Source: Octopus sinensis
Lineage: Eukaryota
NCBI RefSeq assembly: GCF_006345805.1
Contig: NW_021824850.1
Coordinates: 1-64,000, forward strand
Reading direction: 5' to 3'
Length of the DNA: 64,000 nucleotides
Both the position numbers and the translations under genes were made by a program. Shown piece after piece: positions 14,060 to 27,444 of this stretch. The notes below the pieces were generated by a model. It ran no database searches. It saw only the letters and a list, made by a program, of their open reading frames with translations, and was not told the origin of the DNA. The number at the start of each line of letters is the position of its first letter. The stretch's first letter is position 1.

Positions 14060-14414
14060 TTTTATTCTTTTACTTGTTTCAGTTATTTGACTGCAGCGAT
14101 GCAGGAGCACCACCTTTAGTCGAACTAAGCCAAGTACTTTTTCTATCGGTGTCTTTTCCCGAACTGCTATGTTATGGGGGCGTGAACACACCAACATCGG
14201 TTGTCAAGCGATGGTAGAGGGACAAACACACACACATACACACACACACACACATGCACACACACACACACACACATATATATACGACGGGCTTCTTTCA
14301 GCTTCCATCAACCAAATCCACTGACAAGGCCGAAGGTGTCACGCATTTGGACTGAACCCAGAACCATATGGTTGGTAAGCAAGCTTTTTACCATACAGCC
14401 ACTCCAACGCCTAT
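14060..14414 (-). mobile_element. tRNA-derived SINE, family C (CORE-like, internal CA microsatellite)
   Basis: Homologous to 30455-30897, 40832-40998, 43290-43740, 47413-47569 and 59518-59634. Confidence 0.85.
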
Positions 14415-14536
14415 ATGTTTCGGTTTTTAATCTATTTTACTTTCGGCTTCAATTTCGCAGGCTATTGTAGCGTGTGATGTTGCTTTTGTTTCTAGTGCAG
14501 TTAATGCTGACAGTAGTAAAATTAATACCATTACTG

Positions 14537-15394
14537 TTGTGTTGAGTCAAAAGCTTTGCCATATGTTGATAACTCATTTGCTTTATTCGTCAAGTTACAT
14601 CAAAAGCAGCCTAGCATTCAAATTAGAGGCCATCGTACTACACCGTCTGATGTCACCTGTCTGCCAGTTTTCTAATACTACGTTGATACCAATTTTCGTC
14701 TTTCGAAGCGAAGAACTCCTTCGCTGAAATTTCCATTTCCTCTTCGTTAATGACCAGTCGCGAGCGCAGGAAGAGAGCCATGGATCAGAACAAATAATAA
14801 TCCGAGGGAGATATTTCCCCACAGTCTTAACACGCATAAGCAATGTTTAGGAAGAGGTCAGCATGGGTGTTTTGTACACAAGGTGATGCTCTGAGCCTGG
14901 TGTAATTTCGAAGAGATAATTCACTACAAATTCGTTCAGGACCGTCAAACCATCAATGTCAAACTGTATTCCGAACAACTAGATCGGATACATATGAGTG
15001 TGCAGCAAATATATCCTGCATTTGTTAAAAGAAAAACGAGATCTTCTGCAGCTAGACAATACTAGGACTCATACCAATACCCATCAAAAAATCCGGAATA
15101 AACTACAAGAACTTGAGGGAATCGAACTGGTGACACACCCAACATATATTCCAGACCTAGCTCTAATCCGTGGCTTACTCCCTATGGTCGCGACTCTTTT
15201 TCAACCAAGAGGAGGTGTAAACCTCAGTGAAGGACTTGTTCTCTTCGAAGGATGAGAACTGCTATTACCATGGGACCAAAGAAGTGGCAGAAGTGTGACT
15301 TCAAACGGTGCAGCACGATGGCTTCTACTTTGAATATTAGGCTACTTTGTTAATGCAAATAAGTCGCAAGAATATTGCAAAACTTTTAACACAA
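14537..15394 (+). mobile_element. Internally deleted mariner (Tc1/mariner) DNA transposon with degenerate TIRs
   Basis: Frames at ~14880-15350 read KVML*AWCNFEEIIHY...LYSEQLDR...LLQLDNTRTHT...KLQELEGIELVTHPTYIPDLAL, matching mariner catalytic motifs (LLHDNARPH, HPPYSPDLAP). Imperfect inverted repeats at ~14537-14620 and ~15337-15394. Confidence 0.85.
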
Positions 15395-15778
15395 GATTAT
15401 ATTACAATAATTATGCTCAGGGTAACTAGAAATAATGTTAAAAGAGTCTCCAGTGTACGGATCGATAAGGCGCAACTTTCGTATACTAGGTGACGCGATT
15501 ATAGATCCAAGCTGAGGTGAAGTAGAATAAGAGGAATTAAGAACGTTGCGAAAGAATCTAGCAAACGCTGTTGATAGCTTAACTAAACAATTAATCAAAC
15601 ACTCGAGTAGTTAATGGGTTAAATGATTAATTGATTGACCAATAATAACAAAGGAATTATAAATGAACGAGTGCGAGTGTTTTCAGTGGCAGGATGATCT
15701 TTCGCCAAAACAACAATTTATATGTATACATATAAATAATACACATATATATGTGTATGTGTATATATAGATAGGTAT

Positions 15779-15867
<89 letters not shown>

Positions 15868-15872
<5 letters not shown>

Positions 15873-16172
15873 CGTGATCACCGTGACCGACCAGGCCATC
15901 AGTTGTTACACATCGCTGGTCACAATGCGCTTCGCATTGTTTTAGCCTTCAAATGACGCCACCCCGCTGGCTAAGCGAGCAGGCCTACAGAAGTAAGAGT
16001 GAGAGAAAGTCGTGGCGAAAGAGTACAGCAGGGATCGCCACCACCCCTGCCGGAGCCTCGTGGAGCTTTAGGTGTTTTCGCTCAATAAACACTCACAACG
16101 CCCGGTCTGAGAATCGAAACCGCGATTCTACGACCGCGAGTCCGCTGCCCTAACCACTAGGCCATTGCACCT

Positions 16173-16175
<3 letters not shown>
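15868..16175 (-). mobile_element. tRNA-derived SINE, family A (near full length)
   Basis: Reverse complement of the 9067-9308 type, with head tggaggtgcaatggcctagtggttagggcagcgga and a cacggtgat tail. Confidence 0.9.
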
Positions 16176-16244
<69 letters not shown>

Positions 16245-16246
<2 letters not shown>

Positions 16247-16445
16247 CGGAAAGGTTTACAAAAATAAACAAAAGACGAAGGCAGGTGGAGAACAAACAAA
16301 CAAGTGTATTAGTATGGCGCTCAGGAATAGAAATAGAAAAAGTCTTTTACGTTTCCAGCCTACGCTCTTCGACAGAAAGATACACAGAAAAAAACAAAGA
16401 GAGAAAAAAATGCGTGTAGGAGCTAACGATCTATCATGGCGTCCA
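16245..16445 (-). mobile_element. Hammerhead-motif repeat copy
   Basis: Minus strand tctttCTGTCGAAGAGCgtagGCTGGAAACGTAaaag (16344-16379); 3' end abuts (TA)n. Confidence 0.75.
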
Positions 16446-16918
16446 TATACATAATGTAAGTTATGTAAGTTACAGCCACACACACACACACACATCTTTT
16501 GAAAGAGGTAAAGTAATCAATGCCATAATAGCTGAGTATCACTTTGCAAATAAATGGAAAAACATATTTACAGATAAACAAGAATCTTGAATAGTAAAAT
16601 ATCACATGCTGCAAATTATAAATTAGACGTATCATTGGCACATACTGCTCGTAATCATTTTACATTTTGCATAAATGATCACCCGTTGTTGAGCTTCTGC
16701 TAGAATCACATATGCGTGTATATTACTAGTGAATATAAGAGCTCTGTCAACGACCAAACATTTCCGCTAATGATTTTATGAACAGAACCTTAAGTTATGA
16801 GGAGAAACATAAGCTAACCGTAAGGCTAAGTTACAATGTTACAATCAGAAATAAATGGTGGTTTCTTTTACATATATTTATACATATTTGTGTGTATGTG
16901 TACATATGCATATTTGTG

Positions 16919-16968
<50 letters not shown>

Positions 16969-17115
16969 TATATACATACATACATATATAACTACTATTA
17001 CGCGCAGACATACAAACATATACACACATATATATTAAACGTTCAATGAAAATATGCATATTTCTCAAAAGAAAGTAAAATTTCTCCTCATTTCTTTTTT
17101 ACAATACGAAAAAAC

Positions 17116-17250
17116 TTATATTATTTGCTCTCAACCGAAGCAAGGCTCTAAATTTTTTTTCCAATAGGACAAATTTATATTATTTCATCTTAACCGAAGC
17201 AAGGCTCTATAACCTCAATAGGACAAATTTATATTATTTGCCCTCAACCG
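17116..17250. repeat. ~60-bp tandem repeat, about 2.3 copies
   Basis: ttatattattt...aaccgaagcaaggctcta...caataggacaaat repeated. Confidence 0.8.
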
Positions 17251-17925
17251 TCGAAAATTAAACGTCACAGTCAATGATATCAAATAAAATAATTCTTTCT
17301 ACCTCGAAAAGAAAAATGTCAAAATAGACCTTGGCGGATTTTGAACTATGAGCTGGAAAAATAGCTACTAAGTATTTTGCCTGGTATGCTAAAGATTTTA
17401 CCAGCTCGCTCGCTGTCTTAGTAATAAAAACAACCCTTTTTTTAAATAGACACATCTGAAATTTGGGAGTAAATGTTCATTATTAGATCTCACTATTGTC
17501 GATACTATACGTTATCCATTACATAACTATTTCTCTACCACATACTCGTCCCCATCACTCCGTTTCTTTACCCACATACCCAAGTTTTTCTATCATCGAC
17601 CTTCATATTCTTCAACTACATTTTCTATACTTTGAACAAACAGACACATCATAGAGGAGTGAGAAATCTTTAATCTTACGCAAGAGAGGGGAGATGGCAT
17701 AATAATGACAGGAACATTTAAATATTGACGCAAAACTCAGCAATGATGGGGCTACACTAAAATGCGCTCAGTACACATTGCAAAGTGGTTAGTAACAGGG
17801 TGGGCAAGTGAAGAGAAGGGAAAATGTATGGTTCTCCAATCCGTCTGAGAATTCACCCATTCAACCCATCGTAACCAAAAGTGTGGACATAAAATAAATG
17901 TTCTTGATAATGTTGTCGATTATAT

Positions 17926-17975
<50 letters not shown>

Positions 17976-19279
17976 TACATACATACATACATGCATACAT
18001 ACATGTGTGTTGTGCACGCGTTTGTTTGTATATGTATATCTCTCTATCTCTCTATATATGTGCATGTATTGTATATATATATATATACACACACATATAT
18101 ATATATATAAACATATATGTGTGCATGTATTGTTTATATACATAAATATATATGTATATACACATACATATAGGTATACAATATATACACATATTCATAC
18201 ACACATATACAAACATACACACACATACACCCATATGATTGTGGATTAAGTATGATCTATATTTACTTGTGAATGAAGTATGATAGCTTTACATTTAATT
18301 CGCATCGTTGAGAGAAATTTATCTTCAGGCTTCGGAACTTATCCACCATTAAATTGTCTCTTCGCACAAATGCTACGATCACTTGTCCGAGACATTTTTA
18401 AAAAGCAAATCAATGTGATAAAATACTTTGAATTCGGTAAATATTCCACCATATTTAAAAGTTTTGCATAATGAAATCACAACACGGCAATGTCCCTCTC
18501 AATCACTGTTCATCCTTTCACTACACACGCAGTTTTAGGTGGGTGTATTCTCTAATTATTTCAGCTATGTCTTTCTGATCGACTCCCAGAGCGTTCCATT
18601 CAGACATCGATATGCTAAATATTAGTGACGCAAACATTCTTTTAGCCATTACATCTGCTTTTATGGTTTTTCTCGATGCTCTTTTTAGACATTCCTATTG
18701 TGATTAGCGATGGTAATTTTGATAGCTTATAATTGATGCTTTTATTTCTTTCTCTTGTTCTAAGAACGTGTGTGTGCATGCACGTACGTGTATATGTGTG
18801 TTAACATGTGTATATATGTGTGTGTGTGTGTGTGTGTATGTTTGCGTGGATTGAAAGAGTGGTAGTGTTTGTTTGTCTGGGAGTGCGTGTTTCAGTGAGT
18901 GTATATATATATGCATGTGTGTAAACGAATGCGTCTTTTTACTTGACTTCCATGAAGGAAGAATGAAAGGATGAACAGAAAGAAGGAAAATAGAGAGAAA
19001 GCATGGAAGGAAGGAAGTCGGCAGGACTATAAAAAGAATAAAAGAACTCGATGGAATTATCATTGTACCCGTTCTTTTTTCCTTCTTAACAATGAAATGA
19101 AAAAAATAAAATAGTCCAAGTGTGAGTAACACAGTTGAATGATGGTAAAAGATTGAGCAGTCTGTGAAGTTAAGTAGATTTGGTGATGATTGTGTTTGGA
19201 GGCAGCAACAGTTGGTGTCTGCCAATATTTCCATGCGAGTAGCTGTATTATGTTTATGCCGCACGGAGATAATCAAATC

Positions 19280-19296
19280 ATAATAATGATGATGAT

Positions 19297-19348
<52 letters not shown>

Positions 19349-19384
19349 TAATGATAAAAATAATAATAATATATAATAATAATG

Positions 19385-19418
<34 letters not shown>

Positions 19419-19489
19419 TAATAATAATAATAATAATAATAATAATATGATAATAATAATAATATAATAATAATAATGAAAAAAATAAA

Positions 19490-19579
<90 letters not shown>

Positions 19580-19660
19580 AATAATGATAAAAATAATAAT
19601 AATAATAAAAATAATAATAAAAATAATAATAAGAAGAAGAATAAAAATAATAATAATGAT
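19280..19660. repeat. (AAT)n microsatellite
   Basis: Directly visible. Confidence 0.95.
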
Positions 19661-19669
19661 AACAAATTT

Positions 19670-19840
19670 TGGCACAGAGCCAGTAATTTCAGGAGCGGGG
19701 AAAAGTCTATTATGTCACCTCCAGTGGTAAACTGGTACTTCATTTTTTTCGACCCCGAAAGAATGAAATGCAAGGTCGACCCCTGAGTAATTTGAACATT
19801 GAACATGAAGATGGACGAAATGCCGCCAAGCATTTCACCC
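19670..19840 (-). mobile_element. tRNA-derived SINE, family B (degenerate)
   Basis: Contains tcgaccccgaaagaatgaaatgcaaggtcgacc and gacgaaatgccgccaagcatttc, homologous to 50113-50555. Confidence 0.65.
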
Positions 19841-20119
19841 ACATCACACCACCCCACAGTACTCTACACACTCTAGCACTGACCACTTCCCAGCACCCAC
19901 ACCAGCATCCACACACCCGCACATTACAGAAGCACATTATAGACGCACGTTACACACGCACATACACACACATCAAAGTCGCTATCCCCTGTTCACACGC
20001 ACCTTTGTTTTGGGATCATCAGTACTTTGTTATCTCCCCTTCTTCCAAGCTCTCCTGACCAACTACCTTTTTCCAACCACTTGTCATGATTGACCGTTAA
20101 ATCCACAGGTTTTTATTCT

Positions 20120-20270
20120 CTCTCTCTCCGTTTATTTCCTCATGTTCCTCTCAGTTGAAGAGCGTAGGCTCGAAACATAAAAGACTTTCTTACTGTCCCG
20201 AGCGTCAAACTAATACACCTTCTTATTGTTTATACACCTGTCTTCACCTTATGCTTTTCCGTAAATTTCG
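20120..20270 (+). mobile_element. Hammerhead-motif repeat copy (degenerate)
   Basis: cctctCAGTTGAAGAGCgtagGCTCGAAACATAaaag followed by the family tail cccgagcgtcaaactaatacac; ends at (TA)n. Confidence 0.7.
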
Positions 20271-20329
20271 ACTATATATATATAAATAATTTTAAATATA
20301 TAAAAGTATATAACTGCAAAAGGCAGAGG

Positions 20330-20900
20330 CTATCCCAAGTGGAACTGGAGATCTCTACAAAAGTTGAAAGGATGTCAACGTGATTACGCTGAACACAAAG
20401 AGCAAAAGGTTGAACAAGAACAGGGATTAATAGAGGGACCAATAAATCTTTACGAAAGAAATAGCTACTCGGATGAAGGTAACTTTTCCTCTGTAGAGGG
20501 AATGACTGTTACAGAGGAAGAAAGATGCTTTCTACTACACCTAAATGAGGCACGAAATAGTAAAATAAAGAGCCCGTCAGGTCTGAAAGGAACCAATAGA
20601 AGAAATCTATAGAAAATAGTGAAAAAGATGGACGAGCTGTTTGCGAAAATCTACATCGAAATCGTTGTTGTTAAAAGTCAAAGAAACACAAAGGACAAGG
20701 CTGCTCGCCTCAACATGGCTCAACAGGGTGGCATCATAAGAAAGCTACAACAATTTGAGGAGGTGCATTGTAACCAGCGGGGGATAGTCTGGTTCATTCG
20801 TTGGTACTATTGCGACGGTGACAATCTACTCACGTGCAATGAGAACCAACCGCCTGCTAGTGCTGCCCTCCACACTATAATTGTCACATGCTGGATTACT
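20330..20900 (+). mobile_element. Possible decayed LINE ORF fragment (N-terminal region, R4/Dong-like)
   Basis: Broken frame PSGLKGTNRRNL*KIVKKMDELFAKIYIEIV...TNRLLV resembles the LP.LK....KL...V..VN...TN.L.YAAA region upstream of RT in R4/Dong LINEs. Judged by eye only. Confidence 0.3.
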
Positions 20901-21435
20901 CAGATATTGTAGACAGATTCGAACTAGCACATTGCCGGCTTGAAGTTGTTTTGTAACCAAATACGGTGTTACATTTTTCCGTTTACTAAAAAACTGACGG
21001 AAAATTAGCTATTTTAGAAGTTAGTCTTGAGCACAGGAATACAAGAACATGGGAAGTTAGAGCCAGTGATGACGGCATATGAACCATTGTTCAAGCAGTT
21101 CAACATCCGTACGATGCGCTAACTGCGGTTGACTAAAGTAGTACAATGCAGGAAAGCTACTTAAACAACAAATTAAAAACATCAAAAGCAGCAACCATTT
21201 AACCTAGTCAACACGTCTTTGGCATTATTTTCGTTTCTGTGTTCTATCAAACATTTAAACAATTACAGTGCCAATGACGACATGATGAAAAAAATATAAA
21301 TACTAAAAAGCAAACAAAATTATCAGAAAAAACCTCGATTGTCTCTCGTCTCACCTCTTTCATTTTATTCATTTCTACCCACCAGCTCTTTCTTCCTAAC
21401 ACACACCAACACATTTTTGTGTGTGAATGGATATA

Positions 21436-21501
<66 letters not shown>

Positions 21502-21699
21502 AATAAAACAGTAACTCGAGTGGACAGATCGTTCGGTAATTCGTGCTCTGTGATAATTAACTAAATACAATAAACAGAGACGTTCATTATTTCTTTGTAG
21601 TACTGTATTTGTGTGAGTGTGCATGTGTGGGTGTTTGTAAATTATCTGTTATATATTTTTTATATGTTCATGTCTCTTATTATTTGAAGTTATCGTTGA

Positions 21700-22961
21700 A
21701 TCCCAGATCAGCCAGATCGAGTAAGTTTATGGAAAAAGTTGTTCTGTCTGTGACAATCCTATACGTTTTTGTATTCCTCGCAGATCGAGCAATCCTATAG
21801 AGCTTCCATTGTTTCTATTTGCTGTGATGAATGTCTGGTTGTTTCTCCCACCGCTATAAAGTGCTTCTAGGTTACTATTCATCGTGCAATACTTTCTAAA
21901 AATGTCTAGCACCATAATCTCGAGCAGACCAATGTAATATGTTAGGTGGAAAGGGTATGGAGCTCCGTCATAATATATACATACAAGTATGACAACCACA
22001 TACATAGTGGTTATCAAAAAGCGATTTGTTGCATTCTTACCGTGTTGTGCAACTGTTATTCGGATCTATCAAACGGCTTTAATAACCTGGTGGCGTACAG
22101 TACTCTAAGTTTTTTTTTTTACTAAATCACCAGCTATTCTTGTGTTTTTTTAGTGCTGTAACCTTACTAAATCTTATCGATTCCATTCTAAATGCCATTG
22201 TCAGTGCTGTTGACGATTTTCCCCGTCAACACCCCCTTAATTAATTCGATCTTTCGGCCTCAGTCTTCTTGTTGCACCGGGAGAGACGTATTCACTGTAA
22301 TTTGTGTCTTTCTGTTGAGGAGCATTTAAACAATTGTTTTCCTTTCTGCTTCATTTAAAAGGTGTTACACTTTAGTGAGCATAACTTCCCTATCTTCTAG
22401 TTTGCTGATGTGCTTCTCTGCCTGTTCTAAATCTTCATGCTTTTTGTCGCGTGAAACAAAACCAAAAATGTTGGTAATCATAGCAAAAGGAATATTTTTG
22501 TTGTGTTTTCACTGTTGCTCCAATTGTTACAGTTATTACCTTTAGTGTTTTTGCAGTTGCTTCTGTCACTGTTGACTTTGCTAACATCGCCTTTGCTGTT
22601 ACTGTTGTTACTTTCGTTAATGTTTGTGTTTTTACAGTTACTGCCTTTTGCTGTTATGGCAGTGCAGCAAAGCTTTTAACTTTGAACATTCAAAGGGGAA
22701 AACACTTCGTCCCTTCTATGAACTTATGTCATCTTTGCTACTATTGCTGTGATTGCTGTTGCAACTCTTGTTAACGTTGTTGTTGTTCTTCTTCTAACTG
22801 ATATTATTATTGATTACTGCTGTTGCAGTAGTACAATTATTTGAACTGTGATCTTTCCCTCTCTTCACATCATTCTTCTTCCCTTCCACGTACTCCATCT
22901 GCCTTTGCGATTCACCTCTTACATCTTCCTTCAGCTTATTGGCTGTAGAAGCCGACGCCAT
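21700..22961 (-). pseudogene. Decayed ~1.25-kb ORF remnant (Asn/Ser-rich N-terminus, then a globular region); possible retroelement gag/ORF1
   Basis: Minus-strand ATG at 22961 in aacATGG context gives MASASTANKLKEDVRGESQRQ..., then an N/S-rich linker, then DLEQAEKHISKLEDREVMLT...MLLNRKTQITVNTSLP...KIELIKGV. Multiple stops and frameshifts. Confidence 0.3.
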
Positions 22962-23196
22962 GTTTGTAAAAAGATGTGCTTATCAAAATAAAATGTGAAC
23001 ATTTTTCTTAGAAATTCGAGCCCCAAAATAGCTAGAAACAAAAGGGTGCTATGGGTTTAAGCTAGAGTTAAGCATTTTTTATAAGAAAATTTCAATGATT
23101 ATTAACTTTCGAGCATATTAACAAAAGAACAAACTTATGTTCGACCCAAAGCTACTTGTTACTGACAAGACCAGAATAACAAAAATTGATGGTTTA

Positions 23197-23367
23197 AAAT
23201 TTTGGCACAAGGCCAGTAACTCTGAGCAACGGGGTAAGTCGATTACATCAACCCCAGTGCTCGAAAGACAAAGTCGACGTCGGCGGAATTAGAACTCAGA
23301 AAGTAAAGACAGACGAAATGCTTTCAATATTTTCCCGGCGTGAAAACGATTCTGCCGGCTTGCTGAC
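23197..23367 (-). mobile_element. tRNA-derived SINE, family B
   Basis: gtcgacgtcggcggaattagaactcag...aacgattctgccggcttgc; homologous to other family B copies. Confidence 0.75.
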
Positions 23368-23409
23368 TTAATAATAATAATGATGATGATGATGATGATA
23401 ATAATAATA

Positions 23410-23454
<45 letters not shown>

Positions 23455-23473
23455 CAACAACAACAATAATAAT

Positions 23474-24009
23474 GTCCTGATGCAGTGTCAGGCAGTGGCT
23501 TCCATCTTAACTGATTGGAAGTGTTATCATGTACATTGTTTTGTGTTGGTATAAAAGATAGGCTGCAGTAAATATTCTGCTCAATACCATAGATTTGCTT
23601 GTCAGTTGTTTGACCTTAACCTTTGAGCATGTTCCTTATTGGCTGACGACATGTGCATCTCTGATCACGAGAAGAAGTAGTGAGGGAGCACCTTAGCTAT
23701 GTGTTGAGAGGAATACTTTGGTGTTTGGATAATTCCCCTTTGGAAACATGGGTGCTTTGTTCAACATCCTTAAACAACCCTTATTCAGGGACCTTTCGTG
23801 CAGAATGAGCTACTCAATTTTAAGAAAATTCTAACTGGGCCCCACCTGCAATGTCATGAGCTGTTTATCTCGATGTGATATCACCATGTCACGCACATAT
23901 GGCTGTGATGTTAGTGTCTGGTATGCCTGTATAAGACGGGGTAGTCATGCTGGGCATTGTATATTTTACCCCAGTGTCACTTTGATGGCATGCACTACTC
24001 TGTCATTCA
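23474..24009 (+). mobile_element. Non-coding interspersed repeat (family D) embedded in (AAT)n
   Basis: Flanked on both sides by (AAT)n. 23474-23835 is the reverse complement of 26225-26599. Confidence 0.7.
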
Positions 24010-24051
24010 ATAATAATAATATTAATAATAATAATAATAATAATAATAACA

Positions 24052-24247
24052 ATCCTTTCCACACAGGGCACAAGGCCTGGAATTTTGGGGAAGGAGAGTA
24101 GTCAATTACACCGACCTCAGTGTTTCACTAGTACTGAAACGATGAAATGCTAATCGACCTCGGCGGAATTTGAACTCATAATGTAAAGACGGAAATATCG
24201 CTAAGCATTTTGGCCGGCGTGCTAACGATTCTGCCAGCTCGCTGCCC
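24052..24247 (-). mobile_element. tRNA-derived SINE, family B
   Basis: cgacctcggcggaatttgaactc...gctaacgattctgccagctcgctgcc head; adjacent to (AAT)n. Confidence 0.8.
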
Positions 24248-24304
<57 letters not shown>

Positions 24305-24491
24305 ACAACATTACTGCCGATAAATTTGACTCAGCATAAAATCTTAGATTCATATTTAGAAATATATAGATGGCGCGGTAGAGAAAAGTAGAATTGTGTC
24401 ACACAAAATTTCTGCTAATGGAAAAATGAAGGGAAATGGTTACTTGAAACCAAACTCAACACTGGGTCACTGGAGCTTATGGCACTTGGCC

Positions 24492-24526
<35 letters not shown>

Positions 24527-25021
24527 TACAAATAATATATTTCGACAGAAAATCACTTTAAATCACACTCGATTTGATCTTGGGAAGAGGACCTCTCTGT
24601 TTGTTAAAGAGAGCATTATCTCATATTACTTCCGTGTCGGTTGAATTAAGTGTGTGGCTAAATGTCAAAAAGTATCAGGTAGGACTGTTAGTAATGCCAG
24701 CGTATTGACATTATTGGCAAAAGTCTTTGAGCCCCCAACTAAAAAACAGTAAATGTGGTATTTTCCTATTAACTACAAGAACGAATTTGGTGATACGAAA
24801 ATTCTATGTATGCTATCATAGTACAAATTGCTTGAGTTTGAAAATATATGGGCTACATAAACTTTGCCGATATTTAGTAGTTATTATGAGGAATAGCTTG
24901 GACTTAAATTGAAAATTGTAAAATTAAGTCTTTGCCTTATAAAAATATTTATCAAGTTGTCAGTATTTTTGTAATCTTGTTACGGAAGCTAAGGTATACC
25001 CTAAACAAATACACTTCGTTA

Positions 25022-25300
25022 TTCTTTTCTACTCTAGGAACAAGGCCTGAAATTTTGGGGAGAGGAGGCCTGGCGATTAGATCGATCCCAATACGGAACT
25101 GGTGCTTAATTGAAGCGACCCTGAAAGGATGAAAGGCAAAGACGACCTCGGCAGAATTTGAACTCAGACCGTAGCTACAGACGAAATACCTACTTCTTTA
25201 CTACCCACAAGGGGTGAAACACAGAGATGACAAACAAGGACAGACAAACGGATTAAGTCGATGATATCGACCCCAGTGCGTAAGTGGTATTTAATTTATC
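25022..25300 (-). mobile_element. SINE family B, internally multimeric, 5'-truncated
   Basis: Two consecutive units joined at gacgaaatac|ctacttctttactacccacaagggg. Confidence 0.8.
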
Positions 25301-26224
25301 GGCACTGTCCTGCTCTTAATTGTCAGAAGTGAAAGTAGTCAACTTCGTGTATTTACGTCAGGTTTATACCTTCCTTAATTTACGCCGTTTATTTACGTAC
25401 CACCACGCTGTTAGGTTTATAAAACAATTAGGTTTATAAAACAGTTAGGTTTATTAAGTTTATAAATAAATACATTTCATTCCATGTTCTGTTTAAACTT
25501 TATAAATAAATACCTTTCGTTATTAATTATTTAATAATAATTATAAAATACCTGATAAACTACAGTATTGTATTTTATCCTCTACTTTACACATCTGCCA
25601 ATCGACTTGCTTTATATCTGTTAATAGCCAGTATGCTGGTTGTGTAAGTTAGAATGTCTTAATTTGAGGCTGCTTCTTATGTTCCTGTATCAATGACCAC
25701 TAAGCAAAGAAACTGCAGTAAAGTTGAAGCAGAAAATTTAACTTGAACCAATTTAGAACGCGTGATGTTGAACTCAGGTGCTTTCGCTTTTGCAAGGATA
25801 CTGTGTTTGTGTAATAGTATTGGTCTTCAAGTTCATTAATTAATATTTATTAGAAATGAATTGTTGATAAGCTAGGATATTTATTACGTTTATTATAGAT
25901 GTTAAACTAATGTAGTTTCTTTTTTCCATTAGAAAATTTGAGGTGAACACCTCATTATATAATGTCAGTAGACCTGTGTATTAGGAAAATCTTTTGAATT
26001 ATTTGAGCCTTGCAATATTTGCTTTCTGATTCCAAGTCTCGCCTAGTTAAACTTTACCTTTTATCTTTCCGTAGTCGATAAAAATAAAATACGTGTGAAG
26101 TACTGAGATCAATTGTGTCGATATAACTCCTACCCTTAGAGCTGCTGGCCTTATGCCTAAATTATTATTATAAAAATGCCATATTTCCCTGGTAGCGGTA
26201 TGAGATGCTATCCAGAGACTGGTA

Positions 26225-26599
26225 GAATTTTCTTCTGGTCGAGTAACCCATACCGCTCAAAAGGTCCCTGAATAAGGATTGTTTAAGGATGTTGAACGAA
26301 CCACCCATGTTTCCAAAGGTGAATTATTCAAACCCCAAAGCAAAGAATTTCTCTCAATACATGGCTATGATGTCCCCCACTACTTCAGCTCGTAATCAGT
26401 GATGCATATATCGTCAGCCACTGAGGGTCATGCTCAACTGGTTAAGATCAAACAACTGACAAGCAAATCTGTGGTATTGAGCAGAATATTTCCTGTAGCC
26501 CGTCTTTTATACCAAGACAAAACAATGTACATGATAACACTTCCAATCAGTTAAGATGAGAAGCCACGAGAGCCTCTGTCTGGTACTGCATCAGGGCAC
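26225..26599 (-). mobile_element. Family D repeat, partial
   Basis: Reverse complement of 23474-23835; its 5' end abuts (TTA)n at 26600-26660. Confidence 0.75.
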
Positions 26600-26654
<55 letters not shown>

Positions 26655-27406
26655 CATCATCATTATTATTTGTCGTTGAACTTGTGTTTATTGTCTTCCC
26701 ACATTTTTTTATTTCTTATGCTCGATACATATATATATATATACTGAATATATGGACCATTGCAGCCAGTAAAGTAAAGATGCTTATATATTTCAAAGTG
26801 GATCGCTGAATCGGTAGGCTCCGAACACAGACGATATACTTAAACTTGGTAAGCCGATGCTTGAATCTCTACCACATTGTTTTGTGAGCGATAAAACAAG
26901 TAAACCATTTATTTTATAGGAACGATTTATAGCAACTAAGTTATCTGGAGTGGTGTTATTTAAATCAGGGTTATTATCATGGATGATAGTATCGCTATAG
27001 AAGTGGAGCAAGCGCCTAGCTGTATTTAAGTAACATTTTCAGTTAAAATCTCATTAGAACCTACTTTACATTTCAAATATACGCACACCCATGCATACGC
27101 ACATAAAAACATATAAATATTAACCGCATGATACAAATCGGACCTATAAATGTACATATTAAATAACTTATACACATATACACTCATTTATATTGAATTA
27201 TGTATTCGTTCATATAAAGATATATGTACAAACACGAACACAAATTTAGAAATTACTTTACCCATAGACAATGAGATGCAGAGAATTATGTGAGCTCACA
27301 CACAAAAATATATCTGCAGTTATATTAATAACTTAAACTAAACAGACAATGAATTGTATATTCATTGTGTATATATGTATATCTCTCTCTCTCTTCCTTT
27401 GTGTGC

Positions 27407-27444
<38 letters not shown>

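Noticed and set aside
13697-14217. Poly-Leu/Ile/Val hydrophobic ORFs (also 19273-19857 and 36423-36942)
   Set aside because: Trinucleotide microsatellites; these are not transmembrane proteins.
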